DNA of 64,000 bases from the NCBI GenBank assembly GCA_000989305.1, contig LBTB01000006.1, forward strand, positions 66,448-130,447, given 5' to 3'. Of the stretch, positions 28,369 through 37,626 are shown piece by piece. Both the position numbers and the translations under genes were made by a program. The notes below the pieces were generated by a model. The model saw nothing but the letters and a program-made list of their open reading frames with translations. It was not told the origin of the DNA and ran no database searches. The number at the start of each line of letters is the position of its first letter. The stretch's first letter is position 1. This DNA comes from Candidatus Shapirobacteria bacterium GW2011_GWF2_37_20. GTDB taxonomy: Bacteria > Patescibacteriota > Microgenomatia > UBA12405.

Positions 28369-28677
28369 TTACATCTTCACTTCAACTTCAACTCCGGAAG
28401 GCAAGTCGAGATGCTGGAGGCTATCGACGGTACGAAGATTAGTGCTGAAGATATCGATTAAACGTTTATGGGTCAATACTTCGTAATGATCACGAGCGTT
28501 CTTGTCGGTATGAGGACTAGTTAAAACTGTAATGAGTTTGCGAGAGGTAGGTAAAGGGATCGGACCTTGGACAGTGGCACCGGCAGTAACTGCGGCTTCC
28601 ACAATCTTGACCGCCGCCTCGTCGATGAGGCGGTGGTCAAAAGATTTAAGTCTAATCCGAATACGATTGCCTTTCAT
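28369..28677 (-). CDS. rpsJ: 30S ribosomal protein S10
   Basis: IRIRLKSFDH, GPIPLPT, THKRLIDI, LPSGV. Confidence 0.98.
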   Translation of the reverse strand: MKGNRIRIRLKSFDHRLIDEAAVKIVEAAVTAGATVQGPIPLPTSRKLITVLTSPHTDKNARDHYEVLTHKRLIDIFSTNLRTVDSLQHLDLPSGVEVEVKM

Positions 28678-28679
28678 TT

Positions 28680-29852
28680 TTATTTAATGATTTCGGTGAT
28701 AGCACCAGCACCAACAGTCAGACCGCCTTCGCGAATAGCGAAACGGAAACCATTTTCCATGGCAACTGCTTTAATTAATTTAACGGTAACATCGGCATTG
28801 TCGCCTGGCATAACCATTTCGACACCTTCGGGAAGAGTAACTTCACCGGTAACGTCAGTGGTTCTGATAAAGACCTGAGGTCGGTAACCAGCGAAAATAG
28901 GAGTGTGACGACCACCTTCTTCTTTTTTAAGTAAAAGAACTTGGGCCTTGAATTCGGTATGAGGAGTAATGGTACCAACTTTGGCCAAAACCTGACCGCG
29001 TTCGATATCGTCTTTTTCCACACCTCGGAGAAGGAGTCCAACATTATCACCGGCTTGACCTTGATCAAGTTGTTTGTGGAACATTTCCACGCCTGTGACA
29101 ACGACTTTTTTGGTGTCGCGAAGACCAACAACTTCAACTTCGTCGTTGATTTTGACAATACCACGTTCGATTCTACCGGTAGCGACAGTGCCGCGACCCT
29201 TAATAGAGAAAACGTCTTCAATTGGCATCAAGAAAGGCTTGTCAAGTTCACGAGCAGGTTCGGGAATGAAAGAGTCGAGAGCTTCCATCAATTTTTTGAT
29301 AGATTCAATACCATCAGCTTCACCGTTGAGGGCTTTGAGAGCAGATCCACGAACGATAGGAGTGGTTTCACCGGGATAACCATATTTAGTTAATAAGTCA
29401 CGGATTTCCATTTCCACCAGATCTAAAAATTCAGGATCAGTAACAAGATCGACTTTGTTTAAAAAGACGACCAGAGAAGGAACGTTAACTTGTCGAGCTA
29501 ACAAAACGTGTTCACGGGTTTGAGGCATTGGGCCGTCAGGAGCAGAAACGACTAAAATAGCGCCGTCCATTTGAGCAGCACCAGTGATCATGTTTTTGAC
29601 ATAGTCAGCATGTCCTGGACAGTCAATGTGAGCGTAATGACGAGTCTCAGACTCGTATTCAACGTGAGAGATAGCAATAGTAACGATTTTGTTGGCATCG
29701 CGAACGGTACCGCCCTTGGCGATATCGGCATAGGATTTTGCGTTGCCTTGAATTTTTGTAATAGCCGCAGTTAAGGTAGTCTTACCATGGTCAACGTGAC
29801 CGATGGTACCAACATTAACATGGGGTTTGTTTCTTTTATAGACGTCTGCCAT
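28680..29852 (-). CDS. tuf: Elongation factor Tu (atypical switch I)
   Basis: [38 protein letters not shown]. Confidence 0.98.
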   Translation of the reverse strand: MADVYKRNKPHVNVGTIGHVDHGKTTLTAAITKIQGNAKSYADIAKGGTVRDANKIVTIAISHVEYESETRHYAHIDCPGHADYVKNMITGAAQMDGAILVVSAPDGPMPQTREHVLLARQVNVPSLVVFLNKVDLVTDPEFLDLVEMEIRDLLTKYGYPGETTPIVRGSALKALNGEADGIESIKKLMEALDSFIPEPARELDKPFLMPIEDVFSIKGRGTVATGRIERGIVKINDEVEVVGLRDTKKVVVTGVEMFHKQLDQGQAGDNVGLLLRGVEKDDIERGQVLAKVGTITPHTEFKAQVLLLKKEEGGRHTPIFAGYRPQVFIRTTDVTGEVTLPEGVEMVMPGDNADVTVKLIKAVAMENGFRFAIREGGLTVGAGAITEIIK

Positions 29853-29924
29853 ATTTGTTTTTTTTAAAAAATCCGCTTAAGCGGAAAATTAATAACAATT
29901 AATTGTAACGAAAAACGCTTTAGA

Positions 29925-29953
29925 ATTGTATCAGTAAGACACCAGCTTCGCAA
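29925..29953 (-). promoter_or_regulatory. Putative internal sigma70 promoter for tuf/S10 operon
   Basis: Minus strand TTGCGA (29948-29953), 17 nt, TACAAT (29925-29930) with extended -10 TG. Confidence 0.6.
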
Positions 29954-30033
29954 GACGGAAATGAAGCCTGAAAACAGGACTAAAACATTATTCGATGATT
30001 CATCCGATAATAGCACAAAAATAGCCAAACATA

Positions 30034-30053
30034 AACCCCGCCGTAGCGGGGTT
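30034..30053 (-). terminator. Terminator-like hairpin after fusA
   Basis: Minus strand AACCCCGC-TACG-GCGGGGTT followed by TATGTTT; C(UACG)G tetraloop. Confidence 0.7.
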
Positions 30054-30079
30054 GAAGTTTTTATCAAAAAAGGAAGACA

Positions 30080-32191
30080 TTATTCTTTTTTATCAGTTGT
30101 CTTGATAGTTAGTCTTTCCTGAATCTCGCGAGGGACCGGGTCGTAGTGACTGGGCTCCATATAAAAGGAACCACGGCCCTGGGTCAAAGAACGGATGACA
30201 GTAGCGTAACCACGGACAGCTTCGAGAGGAATAGTAGCATCGATGGTGCTGAAACCAAAAGCATCAGTAGTACCGGCAATTTGGCCACGACGAGAGGAAA
30301 GATCGCCAATAACGGTGCCCAAGAACTCAGAAGGGGTAGCGACTTCAAATTTCATGATAGGTTCGAGGATAAGGGGTCTAGCAAGTCCAAAAGCGTCCTT
30401 GATTGCATAAGAACCGGCTAGTTTAAAGGCGGCTTCGGAAGAGTCAACTTCGTGGTAAGAACCGTCATAAACAGAAATTTTGATATCAGTACATGGATAG
30501 CCGGCAATAATACCTTTGGCTAAAGTTTCGCGAACGCCTTTTTCAATAGCGGGAACAAAATTGGCAGGAATAACACCGCCCTTGATAGCATTGACAAATT
30601 CAATACCCTCGCCGCGGTTTTTAGGTTCGACGCGAACTTTACAGTGACCATATTGGCCGTGACCGCCGGATTGATGGATATATTTTCCCTCACCATCGGC
30701 GGGAGCGGAAATAGTTTCCCGGTAAGCAACCTGAGGAGCACCGGTTTTGACAGCGACTCCAAATTCACGCTTAAGACGATCGACAATAATTTCCAAATAG
30801 AGTTCACCCATGCCCGCAATAATGGTTTGACCGGTTTCGTGGTTATAAGAAACTCTAAAGGTAGGATCTTCCGAGGTTAAACGGTTAAGGGCGGCACCCA
30901 TTTTTTCCTGATCATCGGCAGTTTCCGGCTCGATACTCAAAGAAATAACCGGCTCAGAAAATTGAATTGGAGACAAAGAAATGGGGTGGTTTTTATCACA
31001 AAGAGAATCACCGGTAATGGATTCTTTTAAACCGATACAGGCAATAATTTCTCCAGCATAACCTTCTTCGATACCTTCACGCTTGTCGGCATGCATTAAC
31101 AATAAACGACCAATTCTTTCGCTCTTTTGTTTAGTGGCATTGTAAACTTCCTGACCGGTTTTAACGGTGCCGGAATAGATACGAACATAAGACAAAGTGC
31201 CGACATGAGGATCAGACTGAACTTTAAATAAAAGTCCGGAGAAGGGTTCGCTATTCTCAGGTTTACGATATAATTTTTCGTTTGAGACAACATCAAAACC
31301 TTCAGTAGGAGGAAGGTCGATAGGAGAGGGTAAATAATCAACAATGGCGTCAAGAATAGGATGGATACCTTTATTTCTCCAGGCGGCACCACAAAAAACC
31401 GGAAATAATCTTCGATCAATAGTGGCTTTACGGAGGACAGCTTTCAACTCAGGAACGGAAATATCTTGGTCATTTAAGAATTTTTCCATCAAGGTTTCAT
31501 CTTCACCGGCAATTTTTTCAACCATGGTGGCCCGGGCCTTGGTGGCGGCATCTAGATATTCAGGAGTAACATCCTTAGTGGTAAATTCCATCCCTTCTTC
31601 GTCTTTATCATAGACAATCATCTTCATTTCCATAAGATCGATAACACCCATGAAGGCGTGTTCTTCACCAATAGGAAGCACCACCGGAACAATGGGACAG
31701 CGGAGTTTTTGATTGATGGAATCGAGAGTACCCTGAAAAGAGGCACCAACTTTATCCATTTTGTTTACAAAGGCAAGTCGGGGTACCTGATATTTGTCAG
31801 CTTGACGCCAGACAGTTTCAGATTGAGCCTGAACACCGGCGTTACCGTCAAAAATCATGATGGCACCGTCAAGAACACGAAGGGAGCGTTCAACTTCGGC
31901 AGTAAAATCAACGTGCCCCGGAGTATCGATAATATTGATACGATAGCTTTTGAAAAAAGTGGTAATACAGGCTGATTGAATAGTAATTCCCCTTTCTTTT
32001 TCCTGGACCATGCTGTCGGTTGTAGTAGTACCTTCATCAACGGAACCAATTTTGTGAATCTTTCCGGTATAGAAAAGAAGACGTTCGGTGGTGGTGGTTT
32101 TTCCACCATCAATATGAGCAATAATACCAATATTACGGACTTTGTCCATGTTTACTATCCGATTTTTTGTGACTTGAATTGCGTCGGCCAT
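30080..32191 (-). CDS. fusA: Elongation factor G
   Basis: RNIGIIAHID.GKTT, EKERGITI, DTPGHVDF, NKMD, GMGEL.LEI, GSYHEVDSSE. Confidence 0.98.
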   Translation of the reverse strand: MADAIQVTKNRIVNMDKVRNIGIIAHIDGGKTTTTERLLFYTGKIHKIGSVDEGTTTTDSMVQEKERGITIQSACITTFFKSYRINIIDTPGHVDFTAEVERSLRVLDGAIMIFDGNAGVQAQSETVWRQADKYQVPRLAFVNKMDKVGASFQGTLDSINQKLRCPIVPVVLPIGEEHAFMGVIDLMEMKMIVYDKDEEGMEFTTKDVTPEYLDAATKARATMVEKIAGEDETLMEKFLNDQDISVPELKAVLRKATIDRRLFPVFCGAAWRNKGIHPILDAIVDYLPSPIDLPPTEGFDVVSNEKLYRKPENSEPFSGLLFKVQSDPHVGTLSYVRIYSGTVKTGQEVYNATKQKSERIGRLLLMHADKREGIEEGYAGEIIACIGLKESITGDSLCDKNHPISLSPIQFSEPVISLSIEPETADDQEKMGAALNRLTSEDPTFRVSYNHETGQTIIAGMGELYLEIIVDRLKREFGVAVKTGAPQVAYRETISAPADGEGKYIHQSGGHGQYGHCKVRVEPKNRGEGIEFVNAIKGGVIPANFVPAIEKGVRETLAKGIIAGYPCTDIKISVYDGSYHEVDSSEAAFKLAGSYAIKDAFGLARPLILEPIMKFEVATPSEFLGTVIGDLSSRRGQIAGTTDAFGFSTIDATIPLEAVRGYATVIRSLTQGRGSFYMEPSHYDPVPREIQERLTIKTTDKKE

Positions 32192-32317
32192 TTCAGTTTT
32201 AATTAGTCAATTTTGAATTGAAAAATATTTTTATAAAAAATAAATATAATAAAAACGGGCATAGAATACCCGCTTTTGGATGGATTATGATAACACGAAA
32301 ATAACAAATTTGTATTC

Positions 32318-32638
32318 TCAGGAAAGAGGTCTGGTTACAATAACAAGTTCATGCCTAACTCTGGTTTCGCTGGTGACAAAACTAATGTTTGCGGTGCTAC
32401 CGGGTTTGATAAGCAACATGCTGTTCTTGGTTCTGGAAGCTATCACTTCCGCGGGTATAACAGACACGCCGTCGACACCACTCAGACAAACTCGAGTATG
32501 TGGATTGTCATTGTAGGCCAAAACTCTGGCGTCTTTTTTCTTACCATTTTCTATTAGCAATTCTGTTTCGTCGTATGACGAACTTCCATATTTTGCATTG
32601 GGGACAATCGATTCAATTTCATAGTTCGGAAATGACAT
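32318..32638 (-). CDS. Hypothetical protein
   Basis: 106-aa ORF with TATAAT 8 nt upstream; no motif recognised. Confidence 0.55.
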   Translation of the reverse strand: MSFPNYEIESIVPNAKYGSSSYDETELLIENGKKKDARVLAYNDNPHTRVCLSGVDGVSVIPAEVIASRTKNSMLLIKPGSTANISFVTSETRVRHELVIVTRPLS

Positions 32639-32663
32639 AGTTGGATATATTATACTACAGATA

Positions 32664-32921
32664 TTATTGACTGTTAACTACTTTTTTAAATTGGTAAAAC
32701 TTGATAGTTCCAAAAATAAAAAGGGCGGCGCCAAATGAAATAGCCATAATAGCAGGAATGAGGAATTCACTTGCTGAGGTTTGCCTAATTAAATAGGCAC
32801 CTAAAATCAGAAAGGCAAGGGCGGTGCGCCAATAAGATAAGAGGGTGCGTTCATTGGCAAGGTGGGTTCTACTGATGGCTAGTTTATCCCGACGACAGTA
32901 TTCTTTTTTATTATTCTTCAT
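32664..32921 (-). CDS. DUF202/YidH-family small membrane protein
   Basis: RTHLANERTLLSYWRT signature plus two TM helices. Confidence 0.88.
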   Translation of the reverse strand: MKNNKKEYCRRDKLAISRTHLANERTLLSYWRTALAFLILGAYLIRQTSASEFLIPAIMAISFGAALFIFGTIKFYQFKKVVNSQ

Positions 32922-32968
32922 ATCAAAATTCTAACATTCATTTTAAATTTGATTGATATAATTTGTAG

Positions 32969-34159
32969 ATGAGTAAAAGGATAGCAATTATTGGTGGGGG
33001 CCTTACCGGTTTAGTGGCAGGATATAGATTACTGCAAAAGGGATGCAGGGTAACTATATTTGAAAAAAGTGGAGATTTAGGGGGATTGTTGGGAGGATTT
33101 AAGATTAATGGAACAAACCTGGAAAAAGCTTATCACCACATTTTTAAAACCGATAAAGAAATTATTTCTTTAGTTGAAGAGTTGGGGTTATCAGAAAAAT
33201 TAAAGTGGCATGAGAGTAAAACGGCATTATATTACGACGGGACAATTTATCCTTTTGCCGGAGTGATGGATTTGTTGAAATTTAAACCATTGAATTTAAT
33301 TGATAAATTAAGACTGGGGTTGGTAAAAATATATTTAGAAAAAGAAAATAATTGGCAAAAATTTGAGAATGTTTTGGCATATGAGTGGATGAAAAAATGG
33401 TGTGGAGATAGGGCGTATAAAGTAGTTTGGGAGCCGCTTTTGAAGGGAAAATTTAGCAACGGATATCAAGATATTTCAATGGCCTGGATGTGGGCCAGAA
33501 TTCATACCCGAGGAAATTCAAGCGAAAAAGGCAAAGAATATTTGGGTTACATGGAAGCTGGATTTCAATTGATTATTAATGAGTTGACAAATCGAATCAA
33601 AAAATTGGGTGGAGAAATTAAATTAAACACCATCGCTGATATTAACGAATTAGCGGATAAATACGATAAAATAATAAGTTCAGCACCGCTTGAGAATGTC
33701 GATTATTTAGGGGCGGTGACAGTGGTTTTTTCTTCAGAACAGAATTTAAGTAAATATTATTGGCACAATATCAATAATACCGACTCCCCTTTCCTGGCAT
33801 TTATTCAGCATACAAACTTGATGGGAAACAAGAACTATAGTGGAAAAAATATTTATTACCTCGGAACTTATTTACCCCAAAATCACAAGTATTTTACTTG
33901 CAAAGACAGCTTAATTGAAAAAGATTTCTTCGATTATTTAAAAAAGATTTTTCCGGAATTTAACAAAAAGGAAATTGAGGAAAAGCATGTTTTTAAATTT
34001 AAACATGCTCAACATATAGTGACAAGAAATTATCGAAAGAGAATAGAAAATTTAAATGATAAAAAAACAATTCACGCTAATTTTGCACAAATTTATCCGG
34101 AAGATAGAGGTATAAATTACGCTGTGAGAGAGGGAGAAGGGGTGGGAAAAAGAATATAA
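32969..34159 (+). CDS. FAD-dependent oxidoreductase (amine oxidase/protoporphyrinogen oxidase-like)
   Basis: GGGLTGL..FEK...GG dinucleotide-binding fold, YHHIF, YPEDRG.N. Confidence 0.85.
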   Translation: MSKRIAIIGGGLTGLVAGYRLLQKGCRVTIFEKSGDLGGLLGGFKINGTNLEKAYHHIFKTDKEIISLVEELGLSEKLKWHESKTALYYDGTIYPFAGVMDLLKFKPLNLIDKLRLGLVKIYLEKENNWQKFENVLAYEWMKKWCGDRAYKVVWEPLLKGKFSNGYQDISMAWMWARIHTRGNSSEKGKEYLGYMEAGFQLIINELTNRIKKLGGEIKLNTIADINELADKYDKIISSAPLENVDYLGAVTVVFSSEQNLSKYYWHNINNTDSPFLAFIQHTNLMGNKNYSGKNIYYLGTYLPQNHKYFTCKDSLIEKDFFDYLKKIFPEFNKKEIEEKHVFKFKHAQHIVTRNYRKRIENLNDKKTIHANFAQIYPEDRGINYAVREGEGVGKRI

Positions 34160-34166
34160 ATAACTA

Positions 34167-34315
34167 TGCCCCCTTTCCTGATTTTTTAAACAGACCAAAG
34201 TCTGAAATCAAGAAAGAGGGCACGCCTAAAAAATTGTGCTTCAACCGAACGCAGAAAGATTAGCTTTCAATCTTTTGCTTTTGGTGTCGGCGTGCTTGTT
34301 CTAGCATCACGCTAG
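34167..34315. other. Multi-hairpin structured intergenic segment between convergent genes
   Basis: Stems 34167-34184/34205-34222, 34220-34226/34289-34295, 34251-34261/34269-34278 and 34301-34305/34311-34315. Confidence 0.6.
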
Positions 34316-34320
34316 TTGGT

Positions 34321-35001
34321 TTATTCCCCGGTTGGAGGAATAATAATACACATCGCAACCTGCTTGGCGATGGGGGTGGGTAGGTGTTGAAGTGCTTCAA
34401 CTAAGGCTGTCTTCCCTGGTCCATCATGGGAATTAGCGACGAAGTCGAAAACATCCATCACCTTACCCTGGGTAAACAGCTGCGGTGACCAACCAGCATC
34501 AACGCAATGCATAGAGACTTTGTCTCCACCAATACGTTGAGTATTGGTCCAATCTTGCCCTGTTTCCTTGACGGATTTCTTTACGGCCTGCTTGACATTA
34601 TCAAGCGAAGAGCGACTGATTCGAAAAACCTTTTCCAGGGAATCGGGTGACTTACTGCCGTATTCTAATTCAATATCTACCATCCAGCGTTTTGACTGGG
34701 GGTGCTTGCGAAACTGAATTACAACGTCACCACATTTGTAACCGTTACCAATATCAAAAATTCTGGGGAGCCAATATGGAAATTCTGATCCATCGGTATT
34801 TATACCCAGAGTTTTGATAAGTTTGGCAAAAAAGTGCTTACCGTTTTTTCGAGCCAGAAGAAAATTATCAGCGAAAATTTCGCCATCTTCTTCCCGAATG
34901 TTTTGCAGCGTTAGCTGCCAATCGTTAACGGGATCAGTTTTAAAGCTGATATTTACGGTAGACCCGTTTTGGATTGTTAAAGTGCGATTATCGTTCATCA
35001 A
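34321..35001 (-). CDS. Hypothetical protein (orphan)
   Basis: 226-aa ORF with TAAGGAG SD and its own promoter; no confident motif. Confidence 0.75.
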   Translation of the reverse strand: MMNDNRTLTIQNGSTVNISFKTDPVNDWQLTLQNIREEDGEIFADNFLLARKNGKHFFAKLIKTLGINTDGSEFPYWLPRIFDIGNGYKCGDVVIQFRKHPQSKRWMVDIELEYGSKSPDSLEKVFRISRSSLDNVKQAVKKSVKETGQDWTNTQRIGGDKVSMHCVDAGWSPQLFTQGKVMDVFDFVANSHDGPGKTALVEALQHLPTPIAKQVAMCIIIPPTGE

Positions 35002-35049
35002 GCTCTCCTTATGTAGGGGATGAGAAACGACGCTAAAACAAGCACGGTA

Positions 35050-35078
35050 ATTATATCCTATAATCTATAGGATATCAA
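35050..35078 (-). promoter_or_regulatory. Sigma70 promoter with overlapping operator-like palindrome
   Basis: TTGATA-17-TATAAT on minus strand; ATATCCTATA-N3-TATAGGATAT perfect inverted repeat at 35053-35075. Confidence 0.7.
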
Positions 35079-35108
35079 TATATTTACTGGGTAATATGGG
35101 AAATAAGT

Positions 35109-35984
35109 TTATTGATTTATTTGTTTTTTGACTTCTTCCAAGCCTTCACGCAGAGTTTTCATTTGGATACCGAGTGTTTTAACTTTTTCATTACTCAAAG
35201 CGGCGTTTTTGGCGAAAGGGCGGGCATTTTCTGTTTTTAAATAATCACTGAGCTTGGTAGCGATAATCTTAGAAGTATCTAAAGCAAAAACTTCGGCGAC
35301 GGTCATCGCCATTTGATAAGGCGATTGAGAAGAAGAACCAACGAGGTGGTAAATACCGGTGGGTTTTTTATCGAAGAATATTTTTAGGCCATTGGCAATA
35401 TCATCAACAAAAGTGGGGGTAGTAATTTGATCGTCGAAGAGATTGAGAGTATCACCATTCTCGATTTTAAATTTGATTTTACGGATAATATCAATTTTTG
35501 TTTCATATTTGGCCCGATAAGGAAAAGCCAAGCGAACGATTGAGGCTGGGATAAAAGAATCGGTAACTACTTTTTCGGCCATAGCTTTAGTTTCACCATA
35601 CCATTCGACCGCAGAAACGGCATCTTCTTCAATGTAAGGGGTATCTTTTTGACCGTTAAAAACGTAATCCGTGGAGATATGAATTAAATATTTGTTATAT
35701 TTTTTGCACATGTTAACGATATTTTGAGTCCCGTTGACATTTAGCTGATAACAAAGACCGGTCTTATCCCCTTTTTGATCCCAAGCGGCATTGGTGTCAG
35801 TAAAAGCGGCAAGGTGTAGTACTGCCTGCGCATCAGGATTGTCGGTAAAAACTTTTTCCAAAGAGATTGGATCCAAAATACTAATTCCGGTTTCGATAGA
35901 AATATTTACAAATTCAATATCAGGATTTAATTCAGTAATTCTTGAACCAACTAAGCCTGTTAAACCGGTGCCAATAATTTTCAT
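35109..35984 (-). CDS. rfbD: dTDP-4-dehydrorhamnose reductase
   Basis: G.TGLVG, HLAAFT, HISTDYVFNG, YGETK, DQ..TPT. Confidence 0.92.
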   Translation of the reverse strand: MKIIGTGLTGLVGSRITELNPDIEFVNISIETGISILDPISLEKVFTDNPDAQAVLHLAAFTDTNAAWDQKGDKTGLCYQLNVNGTQNIVNMCKKYNKYLIHISTDYVFNGQKDTPYIEEDAVSAVEWYGETKAMAEKVVTDSFIPASIVRLAFPYRAKYETKIDIIRKIKFKIENGDTLNLFDDQITTPTFVDDIANGLKIFFDKKPTGIYHLVGSSSQSPYQMAMTVAEVFALDTSKIIATKLSDYLKTENARPFAKNAALSNEKVKTLGIQMKTLREGLEEVKKQINQ

Positions 35985-36013
35985 TTTTGTTATATAAAAT
36001 ATTAATTTCTAAA

Positions 36014-36574
36014 TTACCACTTAAGGGTTTTGAGTTCGGCTTCAATGTCTTTGAGTTTGGGCCAAATTTTATCTTTTTCCGCAAGCAATGGATTGGCGGC
36101 CAACCAGGCAACATTAATATCGGGGTCGTTCCAGATTATTCCGCCCTCGGACTCTTTGTTGTAGAAATTACTACATTTGTATTGAAAATCGGCAGTTTCC
36201 GAGAGAGTGTAAAATCCGTGAGCAAAACCGGCAGGAATAAAAAACATATTTTTGTTTTCTGCTGTAAGATGGGCCGTATCATATTTACCAAAGGTGGGAG
36301 AATCAGGACGAAGATCAACAGCAACATCTAACACTTCACCGTTCGTTACTCGAACCAGTTTAGCTTGAGCAAAAGGAGGTTTTTGAAAATGAAGACCACG
36401 GAGAACCCCCTGAGCTGAGCGGGAGTGGTTGTCCTGAACAAAATCGACGGTAATACCATTGTCGGTAAATTCCTTTTTATTGTAAGTTTCCATAAAAAAA
36501 CCTCGGTTGTCACCAAAGACCTGAGGTTCAATTAAAACCAGACCAGGAATAGAGAGTGGGGTAAATTTCATCAT
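36014..36574 (-). CDS. rfbC: dTDP-4-dehydrorhamnose 3,5-epimerase
   Basis: DNRGFF.E, VQDNHS.S..GVLRGLHFQ, DVAVDLR, FAHGF. Confidence 0.96.
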   Translation of the reverse strand: MMKFTPLSIPGLVLIEPQVFGDNRGFFMETYNKKEFTDNGITVDFVQDNHSRSAQGVLRGLHFQKPPFAQAKLVRVTNGEVLDVAVDLRPDSPTFGKYDTAHLTAENKNMFFIPAGFAHGFYTLSETADFQYKCSNFYNKESEGGIIWNDPDINVAWLAANPLLAEKDKIWPKLKDIEAELKTLKW

Positions 36575-36594
36575 ATGAACTAGTATAACAAAGA

Positions 36595-37614
36595 CTACTT
36601 ACTTCTGGTGGCATTTAAGCGCTGGTAAAAAGCTTCGGCTTCGGTTTTAGCTTCACGCCACCAAGCCTCATTTTCTTGGTACCAAGCAACAGTTTTTTTG
36701 ATTCCCTCTTCAAAACTGAGACTGGGGGACCAATTTAATTCACGATGTATTTTTTCCCAAGAAACAGCATAACGACGATCATGGCCAGGACGATCGGCCA
36801 CAAATTCTAAATCAGATTCTGTTTTACCCATAATGGAGAGAATGGTTTTGGCCACTTCGAGATTGGAATAGTCTTTAACTAAGCCACCGATGTTATAAGA
36901 ATCGCCTATTTTACCTTTTAAAATGATAGCTTCGATGGCGGAACAATGATCTTCAACAAAAAGCCAGTCACGGACATAGAGACCATCACCGTAGACGGGA
37001 ATTTTTTTACCATCCATTAGGTTGGTAATCATTCTGGGAATAAATTTTTCTGGGGACTGAAAAGCGCCGTAGTTGTTGGAACAATTACTCAGAGTAACCG
37101 GAAGATTGAAGGTGTGAAAAAAAGAACGGACAAAGTGGTCTGAAGAAGCTTTGGAAGCAGAATAGGGACTGCGGGGATCGTAATGAGTGTCCTCGGTGAA
37201 TTTTTCATCAGTATCAAGAGGAAGGGCGCCAAAGACCTCGTCGGTAGAAACATGGTGAAAACGAAGGTCACCATGTTTTTTGGCTGAATTTAGAAGGGTA
37301 TAGGTACCCAAAACATTAGTTTTGACAAAAAGCAGAGGATCGTCAATGGAACGATCAACATGAGATTCGGCGGCAAAATGAATTATTAATTCAATGCCGT
37401 CTGAGAGAATTTTATCGACAAGGGCCTCATCGCAAATATCTCCTTTTATGAATTGGTACTGAGGATTATTGTCAAGATCACGCAGAGATTCAGGATTAGC
37501 GGCATAAGTTAATTTGTCCAAGTTGACAATAATGTCAGAAGGATGACGAGAAAACCAATAATGAATAAAATTACTGCCAATAAAACCACAACCACCGGTG
37601 ACAAGAATTTTCAT
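36595..37614 (-). CDS. rfbB: dTDP-glucose 4,6-dehydratase
   Basis: GGCGFIGSNF, DKLTYA, AAESHVDRSI, STDEVFG, YSASK, DRPGHDRRY. Confidence 0.97.
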   Translation of the reverse strand: MKILVTGGCGFIGSNFIHYWFSRHPSDIIVNLDKLTYAANPESLRDLDNNPQYQFIKGDICDEALVDKILSDGIELIIHFAAESHVDRSIDDPLLFVKTNVLGTYTLLNSAKKHGDLRFHHVSTDEVFGALPLDTDEKFTEDTHYDPRSPYSASKASSDHFVRSFFHTFNLPVTLSNCSNNYGAFQSPEKFIPRMITNLMDGKKIPVYGDGLYVRDWLFVEDHCSAIEAIILKGKIGDSYNIGGLVKDYSNLEVAKTILSIMGKTESDLEFVADRPGHDRRYAVSWEKIHRELNWSPSLSFEEGIKKTVAWYQENEAWWREAKTEAEAFYQRLNATRSK

Positions 37615-37626
37615 AGTTTTTTATGA

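Noticed and set aside
29853-30079. tRNA gene or 67-aa ORF in the fusA-tuf spacer
   Set aside because: No cloverleaf or GTTCRA T-loop; the ORF crosses a terminator and promoter and has no motif.
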